Of a DNA stretch of 64,000 bases, positions 10,631 to 21,221 are shown in pieces. The position numbers were made by a program, and so were the translations under genes. Source of the DNA: an uncultured cyanobacterium. GTDB lineage: Bacteria; Cyanobacteriota; Cyanobacteriia; Cyanobacteriales; Nostocaceae. The notes below the pieces were generated by a model, which saw nothing but the letters and a program-made list of their open reading frames with translations, did not search any database and was not told the origin of the DNA. The stretch lies in assembly GCA_963706595.1 (NCBI GenBank), contig OY970166.1, positions 3,200,001 through 3,264,000 of the forward strand, in the 5' to 3' direction. The stretch's first letter is position 1; every line of letters starts with the position of its first letter.

Positions 10631-12595
10631 ATGGGAAAAGTTATTGGGATCGACTTAGGCACTACTAACAGTTGCGTCGCAGTTTTGGAAGGCGGTCAAC
10701 CACTTGTGATCTCCAACACTGAAGGGGGACGTACTACACCTAGTATTGTGGGATTTGGCAAGGGCGGCGTTCGCTTAGTCGGTCAGCTGGCAAAGCGCCA
10801 AGCCGTAACTAATGCTGAAAACACAATTTATAGTATCAAGCGATTTATCGGTCGTCGCTGGGAAGATACTCAAACAGAACGCACTCGCGTACCTTATGTC
10901 TGTATCAAAGGTCGCGACGATACGGTTGATGTCCAAATTCGCGGACGTAACTACACACCCCAAGAACTATCCGCTATGGTTCTGCAAAAACTCAAGCAGG
11001 ATGCAGAAAGTTTTTTGGGTGAAGAAGTAACTCAGGCAGTAATTACCGTACCAGCATATTTCACAGATGCTCAAAGACAAGCAACTAAAGATGCTGGTAC
11101 TATTGCTGGACTTGAAGTTCTCCGAATTATCAATGAACCAACTGCTGCGGCTTTAGCCTTTGGTTTAGAAAAGCAAGACCAAGAGCAGGTAATTTTAGTA
11201 TTTGACTTAGGCGGCGGTACTTTCGATGTCTCCATCCTTCAACTTGGAGATGGAGTTTTTGAAGTTAAGGCCACTTGTGGTAACAACCACTTGGGCGGAG
11301 ATGACTTTGATAACTCAATCGTCAACTGGATGATTAAACGTTTCCAGCAACAAGAGAACCTCGACCTTTCCCCCGATAAAATGGCACTGCAACGTCTGCG
11401 GGAAGCAGCAGAAAAAGCCAAAATTGAACTTTCTCATCTGGCGAGTACTTCCATTAACTTGCCATTTATCACTGCCGATCAGACTGGGCCAAAACATCTG
11501 GAAATGGAACTCAATCGCGCTCAATTTGAAGAGATGTCAGGGACTTTAATTGAAGCTACCATTGAGCCGATGATTCAAGCGCTTAAAGACGCAAACCTGC
11601 AAACACAAGATATAGATCGGATTATTTTGGTAGGTGGTTCCACCCGGATTCCCGCAGTCCAAAATGCCCTGATCAAGTTTTTTAACGGTAAAGCCCCCGA
11701 TCGCTCTATTAATCCAGATGAGGCAGTAGCCCTTGGTGCAGCAATTCAAGCTGGGGTACTCAGTGGCGAGGTCGATAATCTGCTGCTATTGGATGTCACT
11801 CCCCTATCCCTGGGAATTGAAACTTTGGGAGAGGTGTTTACAAAAATTATTGAACGTAATACCACAATTCCCACGAGTAAATCTCAAGTTTTTTCCACAG
11901 CAGTTGATGGACAAACCTCAGTGGAAATTCACGTCCTCCAGGGAGAAAGGGCAATGGCAAAGGATAACAAAAGTTTGGGTAAATTTCTGCTGGCAGGAAT
12001 TCCGCCATCTCCCCGTGGCGTTCCCCAAATAGAAGTATCTTTTGAAATTGATGTTAACGGTATCCTCAACGTTGCAGCCCAAGACAAAGGTACTGGTCGA
12101 GAGCAAAGTATTCGGATTACCAATACAGGCGGTTTGAATAGCAGCGAAATCGAACGGATGCAGCAAGAAGCCGAAGTATTTGCCGAAGAAGATAAAAAAC
12201 GGAAAAAACTGGTTGATCTCAAAAACCAAGCCGATAATTTGCTGTTTAGTTACGAATCGACGCTTAAGGATAATGGTGACTTTATTGGTGAGCAGATGAA
12301 AGCTTTAGCCAACGAAAAAGTGCTTCAACTCCAAGCCGTAATGGCTAATCCCAGCACTTCGCTCACAGAGTTTCAGCAGTGCTTAGATGACTTCCAGCAG
12401 ACTTTGTTTGCCATTGGTGCTGATGTATACAACCGAGCTAATGACCAAGAAGGTGGTGAGGAACTTGAAGAAGTTTCAGAAACTTTGTTGACTTCAGAAT
12501 TAGAGCAACCGATAAATGAAACACCAATACCACAATTCAACTTTGATTTTGATGACGAAATTACAGCACAGGCTGATTATGAAGCCATAGATTAG
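10631..12595 (+). CDS. dnaK: Chaperone DnaK (Hsp70)
   Basis: [21 protein letters not shown] and DLGGGTFD motifs. Confidence 0.97.
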   Translation: MGKVIGIDLGTTNSCVAVLEGGQPLVISNTEGGRTTPSIVGFGKGGVRLVGQLAKRQAVTNAENTIYSIKRFIGRRWEDTQTERTRVPYVCIKGRDDTVDVQIRGRNYTPQELSAMVLQKLKQDAESFLGEEVTQAVITVPAYFTDAQRQATKDAGTIAGLEVLRIINEPTAAALAFGLEKQDQEQVILVFDLGGGTFDVSILQLGDGVFEVKATCGNNHLGGDDFDNSIVNWMIKRFQQQENLDLSPDKMALQRLREAAEKAKIELSHLASTSINLPFITADQTGPKHLEMELNRAQFEEMSGTLIEATIEPMIQALKDANLQTQDIDRIILVGGSTRIPAVQNALIKFFNGKAPDRSINPDEAVALGAAIQAGVLSGEVDNLLLLDVTPLSLGIETLGEVFTKIIERNTTIPTSKSQVFSTAVDGQTSVEIHVLQGERAMAKDNKSLGKFLLAGIPPSPRGVPQIEVSFEIDVNGILNVAAQDKGTGREQSIRITNTGGLNSSEIERMQQEAEVFAEEDKKRKKLVDLKNQADNLLFSYESTLKDNGDFIGEQMKALANEKVLQLQAVMANPSTSLTEFQQCLDDFQQTLFAIGADVYNRANDQEGGEELEEVSETLLTSELEQPINETPIPQFNFDFDDEITAQADYEAID

Positions 12596-13198
12596 TCAAG
12601 AGTGATTTCTCTACTCCCTCCACACCGCCCTACGGGTCGGATTTGGGGCTGCTTTTCGTTTTAGCTAAATTGTCGAAGCGAATTGCCGTGGGCTAGATCA
12701 AGCACCAGTACAAATGCAATCAAATGCAGATGGGAGGTTTTCCGCACCTAATTGTGCGGCTAGCTCCTATAGTTAATGAATAGGGATTTACCCTGGCAAG
12801 TAGCACAATTGTAAGAGAGACAGTCTATGTGCCTAATCTTGGCTGCTGTTGTTGTCGCTCATGAGGACAGCAACTGTTGCTTTAAACTTGCTGGTGATTT
12901 TTGCGAAAGGTGAAAGGTAAAAGGTAAAATTAATATTATATTTTTAATAAAAATTTACTTTTTCTTTCTGCCTAGCTTCCGGCAAGCCGCCCTCCAAAGA
13001 ACACTACCTTACCCAAAGAAGTCACCTGAGCGAGTTTGAGTTCGCCCAAGGGTTAACAACAGGAGTAAATCCTATTGTCCTGACAGGCATACTTTTATGA
13101 GTAGCCGCTCCTCAAGAATATGACTTACCGTAGGATAGCAAGTGTTCGTGGCGTTTATTGCCTTCTACTTTCTTCCTCCTAACTTTTACCTTTGCTAT

Positions 13199-14338
13199 AT
13201 GGCCCGCGACTATTATGAAATTCTGGGTGTCTCTCGTGACGCCGAAAAAGAAGACATCAAACAAGCCTACCGCCGTTTAGCCCGGAAGTATCACCCAGAT
13301 GTGAACAAAGAACCGGGAGCGGAAGATCGGTTTAAGGAAATTAACCGCGCTTATGAAGTGCTTTCTGAGCCAGAGATTCGAGAACGTTATAACCGTTTTG
13401 GTGAAGCTGGTGTTTCAGGTGCTGCTGCGGCTGGCGCAGGTTTCCAAGACATGGGCGATATGGGCGGCTTTGCCGATATCTTTGAAAGTATTTTTAGTGG
13501 CTTCGCTGGTGGCGGTATGGGTGGTCCGACCACGCAACGACGGCGCAGTGGTCCTGTGCGGGGCGACGACTTAAGGCTAGACCTGAAATTAGACTTTCGA
13601 GAAGCGGTATTTGGCGGCGAAAAAGAAATTCGCATTTCCCATTTAGAGGTCTGTGATGCCTGTGGTGGTTCAGGTGCTAAAGCCGGGACTCGTCCTCGTA
13701 CTTGTTCGACTTGTGGCGGTTCGGGTCAAGTCCGTCGTGTGACTAGAACTCCTTTTGGTAGCTTTACTCAAGTCTCAACTTGTCCCACCTGTAACGGTAC
13801 GGGAATGGTGATTGAAGACAAATGTGATGCTTGTGATGGTAAGGGGACAAATCAAGTCCCTAAAAAACTAAAAATTAACATTCCGGCTGGGGTGGATAAT
13901 GGTACACGCTTGCGGATCTCCCAAGAAGGGGATGCTGGTCAGCGTGGTGGTCCTCCTGGTGATTTGTATGTCTACTTATTTGTCAATGAAGATGAAGAAT
14001 TCCAACGGGATGGCATTAATGTTCTTTCGGAAATTAAAGTTAGCTATCTGCAAGCAATTTTAGGTTGCCGTTTAGAAGTAGAAACGGTAGACGGTCCAGT
14101 AGAACTGATTATCCCTGCCGGAACTCAGCCGAATACAGTCATGAAGTTGGAAAATCGGGGTGTACCTCGCTTAGGAAATCCTGTCAGTCGCGGAGACCAT
14201 TTGCTGACACTATTAATTGACATTCCTACTAAGGTGACTCCGGAGGAAAGAGAATTGCTGGAGAAGCTGGCTAAAATTAAGGGAGACCGGACTGGTAAAG
14301 GTGGTCTAGAAGGATTCTTGGGAAATCTGTTTAAGTAG
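13199..14338 (+). CDS. dnaJ: Chaperone DnaJ
   Basis: J-domain HPD, G/F-rich region and CxxCxGxG repeats; ATG at 13199. Confidence 0.97.
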   Translation: MARDYYEILGVSRDAEKEDIKQAYRRLARKYHPDVNKEPGAEDRFKEINRAYEVLSEPEIRERYNRFGEAGVSGAAAAGAGFQDMGDMGGFADIFESIFSGFAGGGMGGPTTQRRRSGPVRGDDLRLDLKLDFREAVFGGEKEIRISHLEVCDACGGSGAKAGTRPRTCSTCGGSGQVRRVTRTPFGSFTQVSTCPTCNGTGMVIEDKCDACDGKGTNQVPKKLKINIPAGVDNGTRLRISQEGDAGQRGGPPGDLYVYLFVNEDEEFQRDGINVLSEIKVSYLQAILGCRLEVETVDGPVELIIPAGTQPNTVMKLENRGVPRLGNPVSRGDHLLTLLIDIPTKVTPEERELLEKLAKIKGDRTGKGGLEGFLGNLFK

Positions 14339-14346
14339 TAAACTAC

Positions 14347-15585
14347 CTACACCGATTTGTCCTTCCCAAATGCGGAGTAGGCTTTGTCCCAGATTTCGCC
14401 ACGAGTCGGAAACAAGCTAAGTTGTTCTTCCAACAAGCAAGCAATCCCCGGAACTTCAGGGTTGTTTACAGAAACCCCCAAAGCTGAAATGTTTAGCGCG
14501 GCATTAATATCAGCGTCATGTTCAAAACCACAATGCCCACACTTAAAAGACTTGTTAAAACGATACGACTTACCTTTTACGGGGTGTACGTGGTGACACC
14601 TCGTTCGCGTAGCGTGCGCTTTGCGCTTACAAGTCTGACTGGTATAGGCAGGTGGGACAAAAACAACCGGAACACCAGCGATATTTGCCTTGTAATTAAC
14701 AAACAACCGCAACTGGTAAAAAGCCCAATTATTGGTTCTACGGCGTTCAGCTTTGCTTCTAGGTTGCTGGTTGAGCGATTTTCTGATATTAGTCAAGTCT
14801 TCAAATGCCAAAGCAGAGTTACTTTGTTTGGCATCTTGAACAAGTTGCTTCGAGATATTGTGATTCAACCACTTTTGGAACCTTTGTTCTCTCCCAGAGA
14901 GCCTTCTCAACAGCTTCCTAGAACTGCGAGTGCGTTTGGATTGAACATTAGCTCTGACTTTACTGTATCGGTCACGAGTGTTTTGAATCTGTTTACCACT
15001 CCAAGAGTCACCATTGGAAGTGGTGGCTATGTTGCGCCTGCCGATATCGACCCCAATCACCTTGGGTGTTTTACCTGTGGGGCTGGTGGGCAAAACAACA
15101 CAGATGTTGATGTAGTAGTCGCCGTGCTTCGTTTTGTTGAGAGTAGCAGCCGTTGGGGATTGCCCTTTAAGCAATGCCAACTGGTAGTTACCAATACTCA
15201 ACTTAAACTTTTTGCGACCACACATCAAAGTAACGCTCACAGTTTGCAGTTCTTCCAAATACTGAAAAGTCCGAGCATCCAAGCTCAAAGATGTTGGTCT
15301 GAACTTGTGGACTTGTTTAACTGCTTTAGCGTTACCAATCACACGACGGATAGCTTGGCAGACATGATTTGCTTTAATGCCCGTAGATGCGCGTACTGGC
15401 TGATAAACCAAGTGGTGAAGCTTGGTAGTATTCCAGCATTTTTCACGTTTTGCCACCTCCAATATCTGATTGCAAGCGTCAGCGAATCCCTGCAAGGTGC
15501 GGTCTATTTCAGAGCGCAACTCTACGGGGACTTGAATCTTGCATTTTACCGATATTGTTTGCATTGCACTGGTGTCAAAACTCAT
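14347..15585 (-). CDS. tnpB: RNA-guided endonuclease TnpB
   Basis: RuvC triad GVDIG / FEDL / DADINAALN; zinc finger interrupted by an 8-aa insertion. Confidence 0.92.
   Translation of the reverse strand: MSFDTSAMQTISVKCKIQVPVELRSEIDRTLQGFADACNQILEVAKREKCWNTTKLHHLVYQPVRASTGIKANHVCQAIRRVIGNAKAVKQVHKFRPTSLSLDARTFQYLEELQTVSVTLMCGRKKFKLSIGNYQLALLKGQSPTAATLNKTKHGDYYINICVVLPTSPTGKTPKVIGVDIGRRNIATTSNGDSWSGKQIQNTRDRYSKVRANVQSKRTRSSRKLLRRLSGREQRFQKWLNHNISKQLVQDAKQSNSALAFEDLTNIRKSLNQQPRSKAERRRTNNWAFYQLRLFVNYKANIAGVPVVFVPPAYTSQTCKRKAHATRTRCHHVHPVKGKSYRFNKSFKCGHCGFEHDADINAALNISALGVSVNNPEVPGIACLLEEQLSLFPTRGEIWDKAYSAFGKDKSV
14604..14627 (-). repeat. 24-nt small dispersed repeat (AGCGCAAAGCGCACGCTACGCGAA) in frame within tnpB
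   Basis: Related copies at 4187-4210 and 54140-54163; removal restores CTRC. Confidence 0.85.
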
Positions 15586-15772
15586 CCAATCATATCAGAA
15601 AACCCAATGCACAAGCTAGTTGCTAACGAAATATTTGCTAATTGCTTAACTGTCCCCCTCGTTGTTTGTGCTAAAGCACAAATTCACTCAAGGGACGTTT
15701 TGCAATTAGCCCTCCATTCCTCTGTCCACCAAACTGAGTACAGTTTTGGTGGGAGTCTACTGGAGGCTTGAG

Positions 15773-16030
15773 ATGAATTCCTTTGACCTTTCAACTCCCA
15801 ATGCTCAACTTGACTTGCGCGGCACTCCTTGCCCGATTAATTTTGTGCGGACAAAATTATGTTTGGAAAAAATGCTGCCTGGAGGTTTGCTCGAAGTCTG
15901 GCTAGATTCTGGAGAACCGATTGAGCAAGTTCCCGATAGCTTGATGATGGCAGGTTATCAGGTTGAGCAAATTACAGATTGCATGGGCTATTTTTCTTTG
16001 TTGGTACGCCGTCCTGTTACTGCCCAATGA
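15773..16030 (+). CDS. TusA/SirA-family sulfur carrier protein
   Basis: LDLRGTPCPIN motif; ATG at 15773; stop overlaps the rsgA start (ATGA). Confidence 0.85.
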   Translation: MNSFDLSTPNAQLDLRGTPCPINFVRTKLCLEKMLPGGLLEVWLDSGEPIEQVPDSLMMAGYQVEQITDCMGYFSLLVRRPVTAQ

Positions 16031-17139
16031 CAACAGTGGAAACTATGTCTACTAATGGACAGTTACTCGGTACGGTGCTAGCCGTGCAAGCCAATTTTTA
16101 TCGCGTGCAGATGGATGTAGATGACAAAAATATCAGGGTACAGGGTGACAAGGCAGATGTTTACCCACTCCCTACTCCCCCTATGCTTCTCTGCACCCGC
16201 AGAACTCGGTTAAAAAAAATCGGGCAACAGGTGATGGTGGGCGATCGCGTCATTGTTTCAGAGCCAGATTGGTCTGGTGGTAGGGGAGCAATTTCTGATG
16301 TTCTACCTCGTCAAAGCTTATTAGACCGTCCCGCGATCGCCAATGTTGACCAAATTCTCCTAGCATTTGCGGTGACAGATCCACCTCTGGAACCTTATCA
16401 ATTAAGTCGATTTCTGCTCAAGGCTGAGTCTACTGGTGTGGATGTGCTTTTATGCCTGAATAAAAGTGATTTAATCTCACCACAGGTACAAGAAAAAATT
16501 AGCGATCGCCTGCTGGGTTGGGGCTATCAACCGCTATTTATTAGCGTCCAAAACAGCATCAAGATTGCAGAATTAAGTAACTATCTAAATAATAAAATTA
16601 CTGTCATTGCTGGACCTTCCGGTGTGGGAAAATCTAGCCTGATTAATCTGCTGATACCCACTCTTAACCTGCGAGTGGGGGAAGTTTCAGGCAAACTAGC
16701 ACGAGGTCGCCATACAACGCGCCATACAGAATTATTTGAATTGCCTGGGGGTGGTTTGCTGGCAGATACTCCCGGCTTTAATCAACCTGATTTAAATTCT
16801 CGCCCCGAAGAATTAATTTATTATTTCCCCGAAGCCAGAAAACGGTTAGCAGTGGCTAGCTGTAGATTTAGTGACTGTTCGCATCGAGACGAGCCTGATT
16901 GTGTGGTGCGGGGCGACTGGGAAAGATACGAACATTACTTGGAATTTTTAGCCCAGGCGATCGCCCTTCAAACGCACCTGCATCAACAAGCCGACCCCGA
17001 ATCAACCATGAAAATCAAAAGTAAAGGTAAGGGTAAGCAGCAGTATGAACCCAAGCTAGAAAGTAAAAAATATCGTCGCGTCTCGCGGAAAACACAGTTG
17101 CAAGAGTTAGAACAATTGTATAAAGAAGCGGAAGATTAA
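16027..17139 (+). CDS. rsgA: Ribosome small subunit-dependent GTPase A
   Basis: NKSD, GPSGVGKSS, GRHTT, DTPG and C-terminal CRFSDCSHRDEPDC. Confidence 0.93.
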   Translation: MTTVETMSTNGQLLGTVLAVQANFYRVQMDVDDKNIRVQGDKADVYPLPTPPMLLCTRRTRLKKIGQQVMVGDRVIVSEPDWSGGRGAISDVLPRQSLLDRPAIANVDQILLAFAVTDPPLEPYQLSRFLLKAESTGVDVLLCLNKSDLISPQVQEKISDRLLGWGYQPLFISVQNSIKIAELSNYLNNKITVIAGPSGVGKSSLINLLIPTLNLRVGEVSGKLARGRHTTRHTELFELPGGGLLADTPGFNQPDLNSRPEELIYYFPEARKRLAVASCRFSDCSHRDEPDCVVRGDWERYEHYLEFLAQAIALQTHLHQQADPESTMKIKSKGKGKQQYEPKLESKKYRRVSRKTQLQELEQLYKEAED

Positions 17140-17182
17140 ATCAGTGATCAGTGATCAAGGGATAAGATGGGGGATTTAGATG

Positions 17183-17307
17183 AGGGGCTTCTAAGAAATA
17201 AATTATCCAGATAAACGAACCACAGAGACACAGAGAACACAGATTTATGAGGGCTTGAGAGGTTTTTTGGGTTAAACGATTGAGTATTTTTTTATTTGTA
17301 AGTCCCT
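17183..17307. mobile_element. MITE with AGGGACTTCCA-type terminal inverted repeats
   Basis: AGGGGCTTCTAAGAAATAAA ... TTTTTTTATTTGTAAGTCCCT; same family as 59987-60136. Confidence 0.6.
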
Positions 17308-17540
17308 TAGCCACCGAAGCTTAACACTCATTGGCTTTCAGTTTTCCGTTAACGCCGATGTCGTGGAGGAAATCAACAGCTAGAACCAAAACCTCAACGG
17401 TCTGGAAAAAACCATAGTTAAATATCTTAACAATATAGCCCGCTAGAAAACTACAGTCACGCACCCCATAAAGTCTTAAAATATTGTTAATTTCGCCAAA
17501 CCCTCGTTATTAAACTGACAAGTACTACCCTAAAATCACT

Positions 17541-19133
17541 ATGGCTATCGGCTACGTCGCGCTTGTACTTCATGCACATCTGCCCTTCGTTCGTCACCCA
17601 GAAAGTGACTATGTGTTGGAAGAAGAATGGCTTTATGAAGCCATCACCGAAACATACATTCCATTATTAAAAGTATTTGAGGGCTTAAAGCGAGACGGGA
17701 TCGACTTTAAAATCACCATGAGTATGACACCGCCACTAGTGTCCATGCTCCGTGACCCTCTACTGCAAGAACGCTATGACGCGCACTTAGCCCAACTAGA
17801 AGAACTTATAGAACTGGAAATTGAGCGTAATGTCAAAAATGGGCATCTTCGTTATTTAGCGGAACATTACGCTACTGAGTTTAACGAAGCGCGTCAGATA
17901 TGGGAACACTACAAAGGTGACTTAATCACAGGTTTTAAGAAGTTTCAAGATAGTAATAACTTAGAAATTATCACTTGTGGTGCTACTCACGGCTATCTAC
18001 CCCTGATGAAAATGTATCCACAAGCTGTGTGGGCGCAAATTCAGGTAGCTTGTGAACACTACGAGCAAACCTTTGGCAAAGCCCCCAGAGGGATTTGGTT
18101 GCCAGAATGCGCTTACTATGAAGGTGTGGAGCGAATGCTGGCGGATGCTGGTTTACGCTATTTCCTCACTGATGGACATGGGATATTATACGCCCGTCCT
18201 CGCCCCCGCTTTGGTACTTACGCGCCGATTTTTACAGAACCTGGTGTTGCGGCTTTTGGTCGAGACCATGAATCTTCGCAGCAGGTATGGTCTTCTGAAG
18301 TGGGCTATCCCGGTGCAGCCGAATATCGGGAATTTTACAAAGATTTGGGCTGGGAAGCCGAATATGAGTACATTAAGCCCTACATCATGCCCAATGGTCA
18401 GCGCAAAAACACGGGCATTAAGTATCACAAAATTACTGGTCGTGGTTTAGGGCTTTCCGATAAAGCACTCTATGATCCTTATTGGGCGAGAGAAAAGGCG
18501 GCAGAACACGCTGCTAACTTTATGTATAACCGGGAACGTCAAGTTGAGCATTTAAATGGGATTATGGGTCGCCCGCCCATTATTGTGTCGCCTTATGATG
18601 CCGAGTTATTTGGTCACTGGTGGTATGAAGGACCCTGGTTCATTGATTACCTGTTCCGGAAATCATGGCATGACCAAGGAACATATCAAATGGCTCATCT
18701 GGCTGATTATTTGCAGACAGAACCAACTCAGCAAGTTTGTCGCCCTTCGCAGTCGAGTTGGGGCTACAAGGGTTTCCATGAGTATTGGTTGAATGAAACA
18801 AATGCTTGGATTTATCCACATTTACACAAAGCAACCGAACGCATGATTGAAATATCGCACATAGAAGCTGAAGATGAATTGCAGGAAAAAGCGCTCAACC
18901 AAGCGGCGCGGGAACTTTTACTAGCACAATCTTCTGACTGGGCTTTTATTATGCGGACAGGAACTATGGTTCCCTATGCTGTGAGAAGAACGCGATCGCA
19001 CCTGATGCGGTTTAATAAGCTCTACGAAGATGTTAAAGTCGGTAAGGTCGATAGTGGCTGGCTGGAAAAGGTGGAATTAATGGATAACATTTTCCCTGAA
19101 CTCGACTATCGAGTTTACCGTCCTTTGTCATAG
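17541..19133 (+). CDS. Glycoside hydrolase family 57 protein (branching-enzyme type, DUF1957)
   Basis: LHAHLP, WLPEC, YDAELFGHWW and AQSSDW motifs. Confidence 0.92.
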   Translation: MAIGYVALVLHAHLPFVRHPESDYVLEEEWLYEAITETYIPLLKVFEGLKRDGIDFKITMSMTPPLVSMLRDPLLQERYDAHLAQLEELIELEIERNVKNGHLRYLAEHYATEFNEARQIWEHYKGDLITGFKKFQDSNNLEIITCGATHGYLPLMKMYPQAVWAQIQVACEHYEQTFGKAPRGIWLPECAYYEGVERMLADAGLRYFLTDGHGILYARPRPRFGTYAPIFTEPGVAAFGRDHESSQQVWSSEVGYPGAAEYREFYKDLGWEAEYEYIKPYIMPNGQRKNTGIKYHKITGRGLGLSDKALYDPYWAREKAAEHAANFMYNRERQVEHLNGIMGRPPIIVSPYDAELFGHWWYEGPWFIDYLFRKSWHDQGTYQMAHLADYLQTEPTQQVCRPSQSSWGYKGFHEYWLNETNAWIYPHLHKATERMIEISHIEAEDELQEKALNQAARELLLAQSSDWAFIMRTGTMVPYAVRRTRSHLMRFNKLYEDVKVGKVDSGWLEKVELMDNIFPELDYRVYRPLS

Positions 19134-19324
19134 TCTTTTTGCCGGTTGGGTATTCTCAATGAACTTTATACCCTTATCCCTGGCTTCTTTCAGAAGTTGG
19201 GGATTCATCTTTTGAATTCCTGCTCCCTCTCCTTACTAAGGAGAGGGTTGGGGTGAGGTTTTATTTATTTATTCTCTGCGTTAAATTGAAGTAAGTTGGG
19301 GATTTAATCCCAGGAGTAATTGCT

Positions 19325-19717
19325 ATGGATATATTGATTGAATCTACAAAAGATTTTGAACAAGATTTAGAGCAATTTAGTAATACAGAAAAATTTAAGA
19401 TTATTAAAAAACTGAATCGATATGTTGAGTTACTGTCAATAGATACAACTCTCTTTTACAAGAATAGCACGCAATTAAGAAATATTAGACTCAATGAAAA
19501 TTATGATTCTTCCATATATTCTCTGAGAATTAATGAAAAAATTAGAATTATTCTCACTATTGATGATGATCCGATTTTTGATCGGACTGTCATAACTTTA
19601 TTTAGAGCCGTTAAGCCTGAAGATGCACACAAAGCATATAATTCAGTTGCGGAAACTCTTTACCAAGACTTCACTGTAGAGAATCAAGAGTGTGAGTGTG
19701 AGGTTCATTCTAGCTAA
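19325..19717 (+). CDS. Hypothetical protein, RelE/ParE-like pattern
   Basis: IESTKDFEQDL...IYSLRINEKIRIIL; RBS AGGAG upstream; AT-rich. Confidence 0.6.
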   Translation: MDILIESTKDFEQDLEQFSNTEKFKIIKKLNRYVELLSIDTTLFYKNSTQLRNIRLNENYDSSIYSLRINEKIRIILTIDDDPIFDRTVITLFRAVKPEDAHKAYNSVAETLYQDFTVENQECECEVHSS

Positions 19718-20049
19718 TGGCACAAATCAAGCCTCTTTTAGATGAATATGGTGTGATTCATGAAGCAATTAAAATTTTACCCGATGAGTTAAAAGTTGAT
19801 TTTCTTCAAGCTTTAGCCGAACTAGAAGATAATGAGTGTCATCGAACTAGAAGTTTTCCTAAAACCAGACTGCATAAAGTTACAGGTATTAAGCAAGCAA
19901 TATACAGAGCCGATATCGATAAAATATCAGGTTGGCGCATCCATATTCAATATATTGAAGGAAAAATACATTTAAAAGACATCATTGAAGGTCAACAACA
20001 TGATGATGTGATTAAAGTTATTAAGTCAAAGAAGGATAGATATGAGTAA
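19717..20049 (+). CDS. Hypothetical protein, possible RelE-like fold
   Basis: LHKVTG...IYRADI...GWRIHIQY...HDD; coupled to the previous ORF by TAATG. Confidence 0.55.
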   Translation: MAQIKPLLDEYGVIHEAIKILPDELKVDFLQALAELEDNECHRTRSFPKTRLHKVTGIKQAIYRADIDKISGWRIHIQYIEGKIHLKDIIEGQQHDDVIKVIKSKKDRYE

Positions 20050-20086
20050 TTCGTAATATTTACTAGATTATTGGGGTGAGAATTTA

Positions 20087-20192
20087 TATAGCGGTTCTCG
20101 GTTGAGTGAGATATAAAAACCCCACCCCCAACCCCCTCCCCGCAAGCGAGGAGGGGGCTATGATATAATTCATTTAAGTGCATACCGCTATA
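20087..20192. mobile_element. MITE-like element (TATAGCGGT...ACCGCTATA)
   Basis: Terminal inverted repeats enclose a GC-rich hairpin repeat; its end overlaps the NUDIX stop codon. Confidence 0.6.
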
Positions 20193-20619
20193 AGTAGGCA
20201 AAAAACCCTTCTGGGACTAATCTTAGTTTATCAGATTTAAATTCAGCAATATCTACCCAGAGTGCTTGATGTTGATGGTTTTTTGATTCAGAAAATATTA
20301 AGCTTTCTAGTTGATAGAATTTGGAATCAACGAAATCACATTCATAAAGTTGAATAATTTCGTGTCCTTGCTTACCGTTACAAATAAATATACTTTCTAT
20401 GCAACCTAGATAGTTAATATTTGTTAAATCTGCTTGAATTTCTTCTTGAAATTCTCTTTTTAAAGCAGCTTCGCTAGTTTCGCCAAAGTCAACTCCACCA
20501 CCTAAAGCGCGATAGTAAGTTTCTTGTTTGAGGGAATCGTAGCCTTCAGAAACAAAAATGCGTCCGCCATCCCGGATCAATCCTAAAGCTAATACCCGAA
20601 TTTTTCCTAGTTTGCTCAT
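20188..20619 (-). CDS. NUDIX hydrolase
   Basis: GGGVDFGETSEAALKREFQEEI Nudix box. Confidence 0.9.
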   Translation of the reverse strand: MSKLGKIRVLALGLIRDGGRIFVSEGYDSLKQETYYRALGGGVDFGETSEAALKREFQEEIQADLTNINYLGCIESIFICNGKQGHEIIQLYECDFVDSKFYQLESLIFSESKNHQHQALWVDIAEFKSDKLRLVPEGFFAYL

Positions 20620-20672
20620 CTAAAAATCTCCGGGAGTGTGGAAAACGTGTGTTTTAAAGCTTAGGTATACAG

Positions 20673-21128
20673 TTAATTATCATCGTATATAGCATGATTT
20701 GGATTGTCACTATCCTCTACTGGCCAATCTTCATTTTCGCCACCGATGTATAATTCTTCAATTGCGACATATTCCTGATTTAACTGTTTGAGAGCATTGA
20801 TTAAAATATCCAGTGCGATCGCATCACTGGTTCCCATGTCAAACCAACACCGCGCCCACTGTCCTTCATACTCAAATTCGCCCATGTTGTGCATGAGTGC
20901 CAATAAGCTTTTATCATACCCTTCTGGGTCATAATTCATGTAGCTAATTTCCAATCCGGTTTCTTGGACTTGGAGATTTTCGGCATTAAATGCGCCCAAT
21001 TTGCCTAGATAAAACCAAGAATTAAAAACTTCTTCTACGTATTGCTTTTCACGTCCAGAGGGAATTGTCGTGAATTTTAGCCAAATCCACACATCAAAAG
21101 GGTTAATTTCACGGAACTGAATTTGCAT
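20673..21128 (-). CDS. DUF3531 family protein
   Basis: QFREINPFDVWIW, SWFYLGKLGAFNAENLQ, MHNMGE and DMGTSD motifs. Confidence 0.8.
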   Translation of the reverse strand: MQIQFREINPFDVWIWLKFTTIPSGREKQYVEEVFNSWFYLGKLGAFNAENLQVQETGLEISYMNYDPEGYDKSLLALMHNMGEFEYEGQWARCWFDMGTSDAIALDILINALKQLNQEYVAIEELYIGGENEDWPVEDSDNPNHAIYDDN

Positions 21129-21221
21129 TGCGTTTGAATGTCTAAATTATTGTCTCTGAGAATAAGCATATCAGGCAGGGTAGGGAATGGGGTTAATCAA
21201 TAGCACTCAATAAGCTAACAA

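Larger units (their letters stand above)
14338..15772 (-). mobile_element. IS200/IS605-family tnpB-only element inserted between dnaJ and tusA
   Basis: Left-end hairpin CCACCAAACTG-AGTA-CAGTTTTGGTGG at about 15726-15752; right end AAGCCTAC...GTAGGTAGTTTAC on the minus strand. Removal restores AAG TAATG. Confidence 0.8.

Noticed and set aside
14518..15771. 417-aa plus-strand ORF
   Set aside because: Antisense shadow of tnpB with no recognisable motifs
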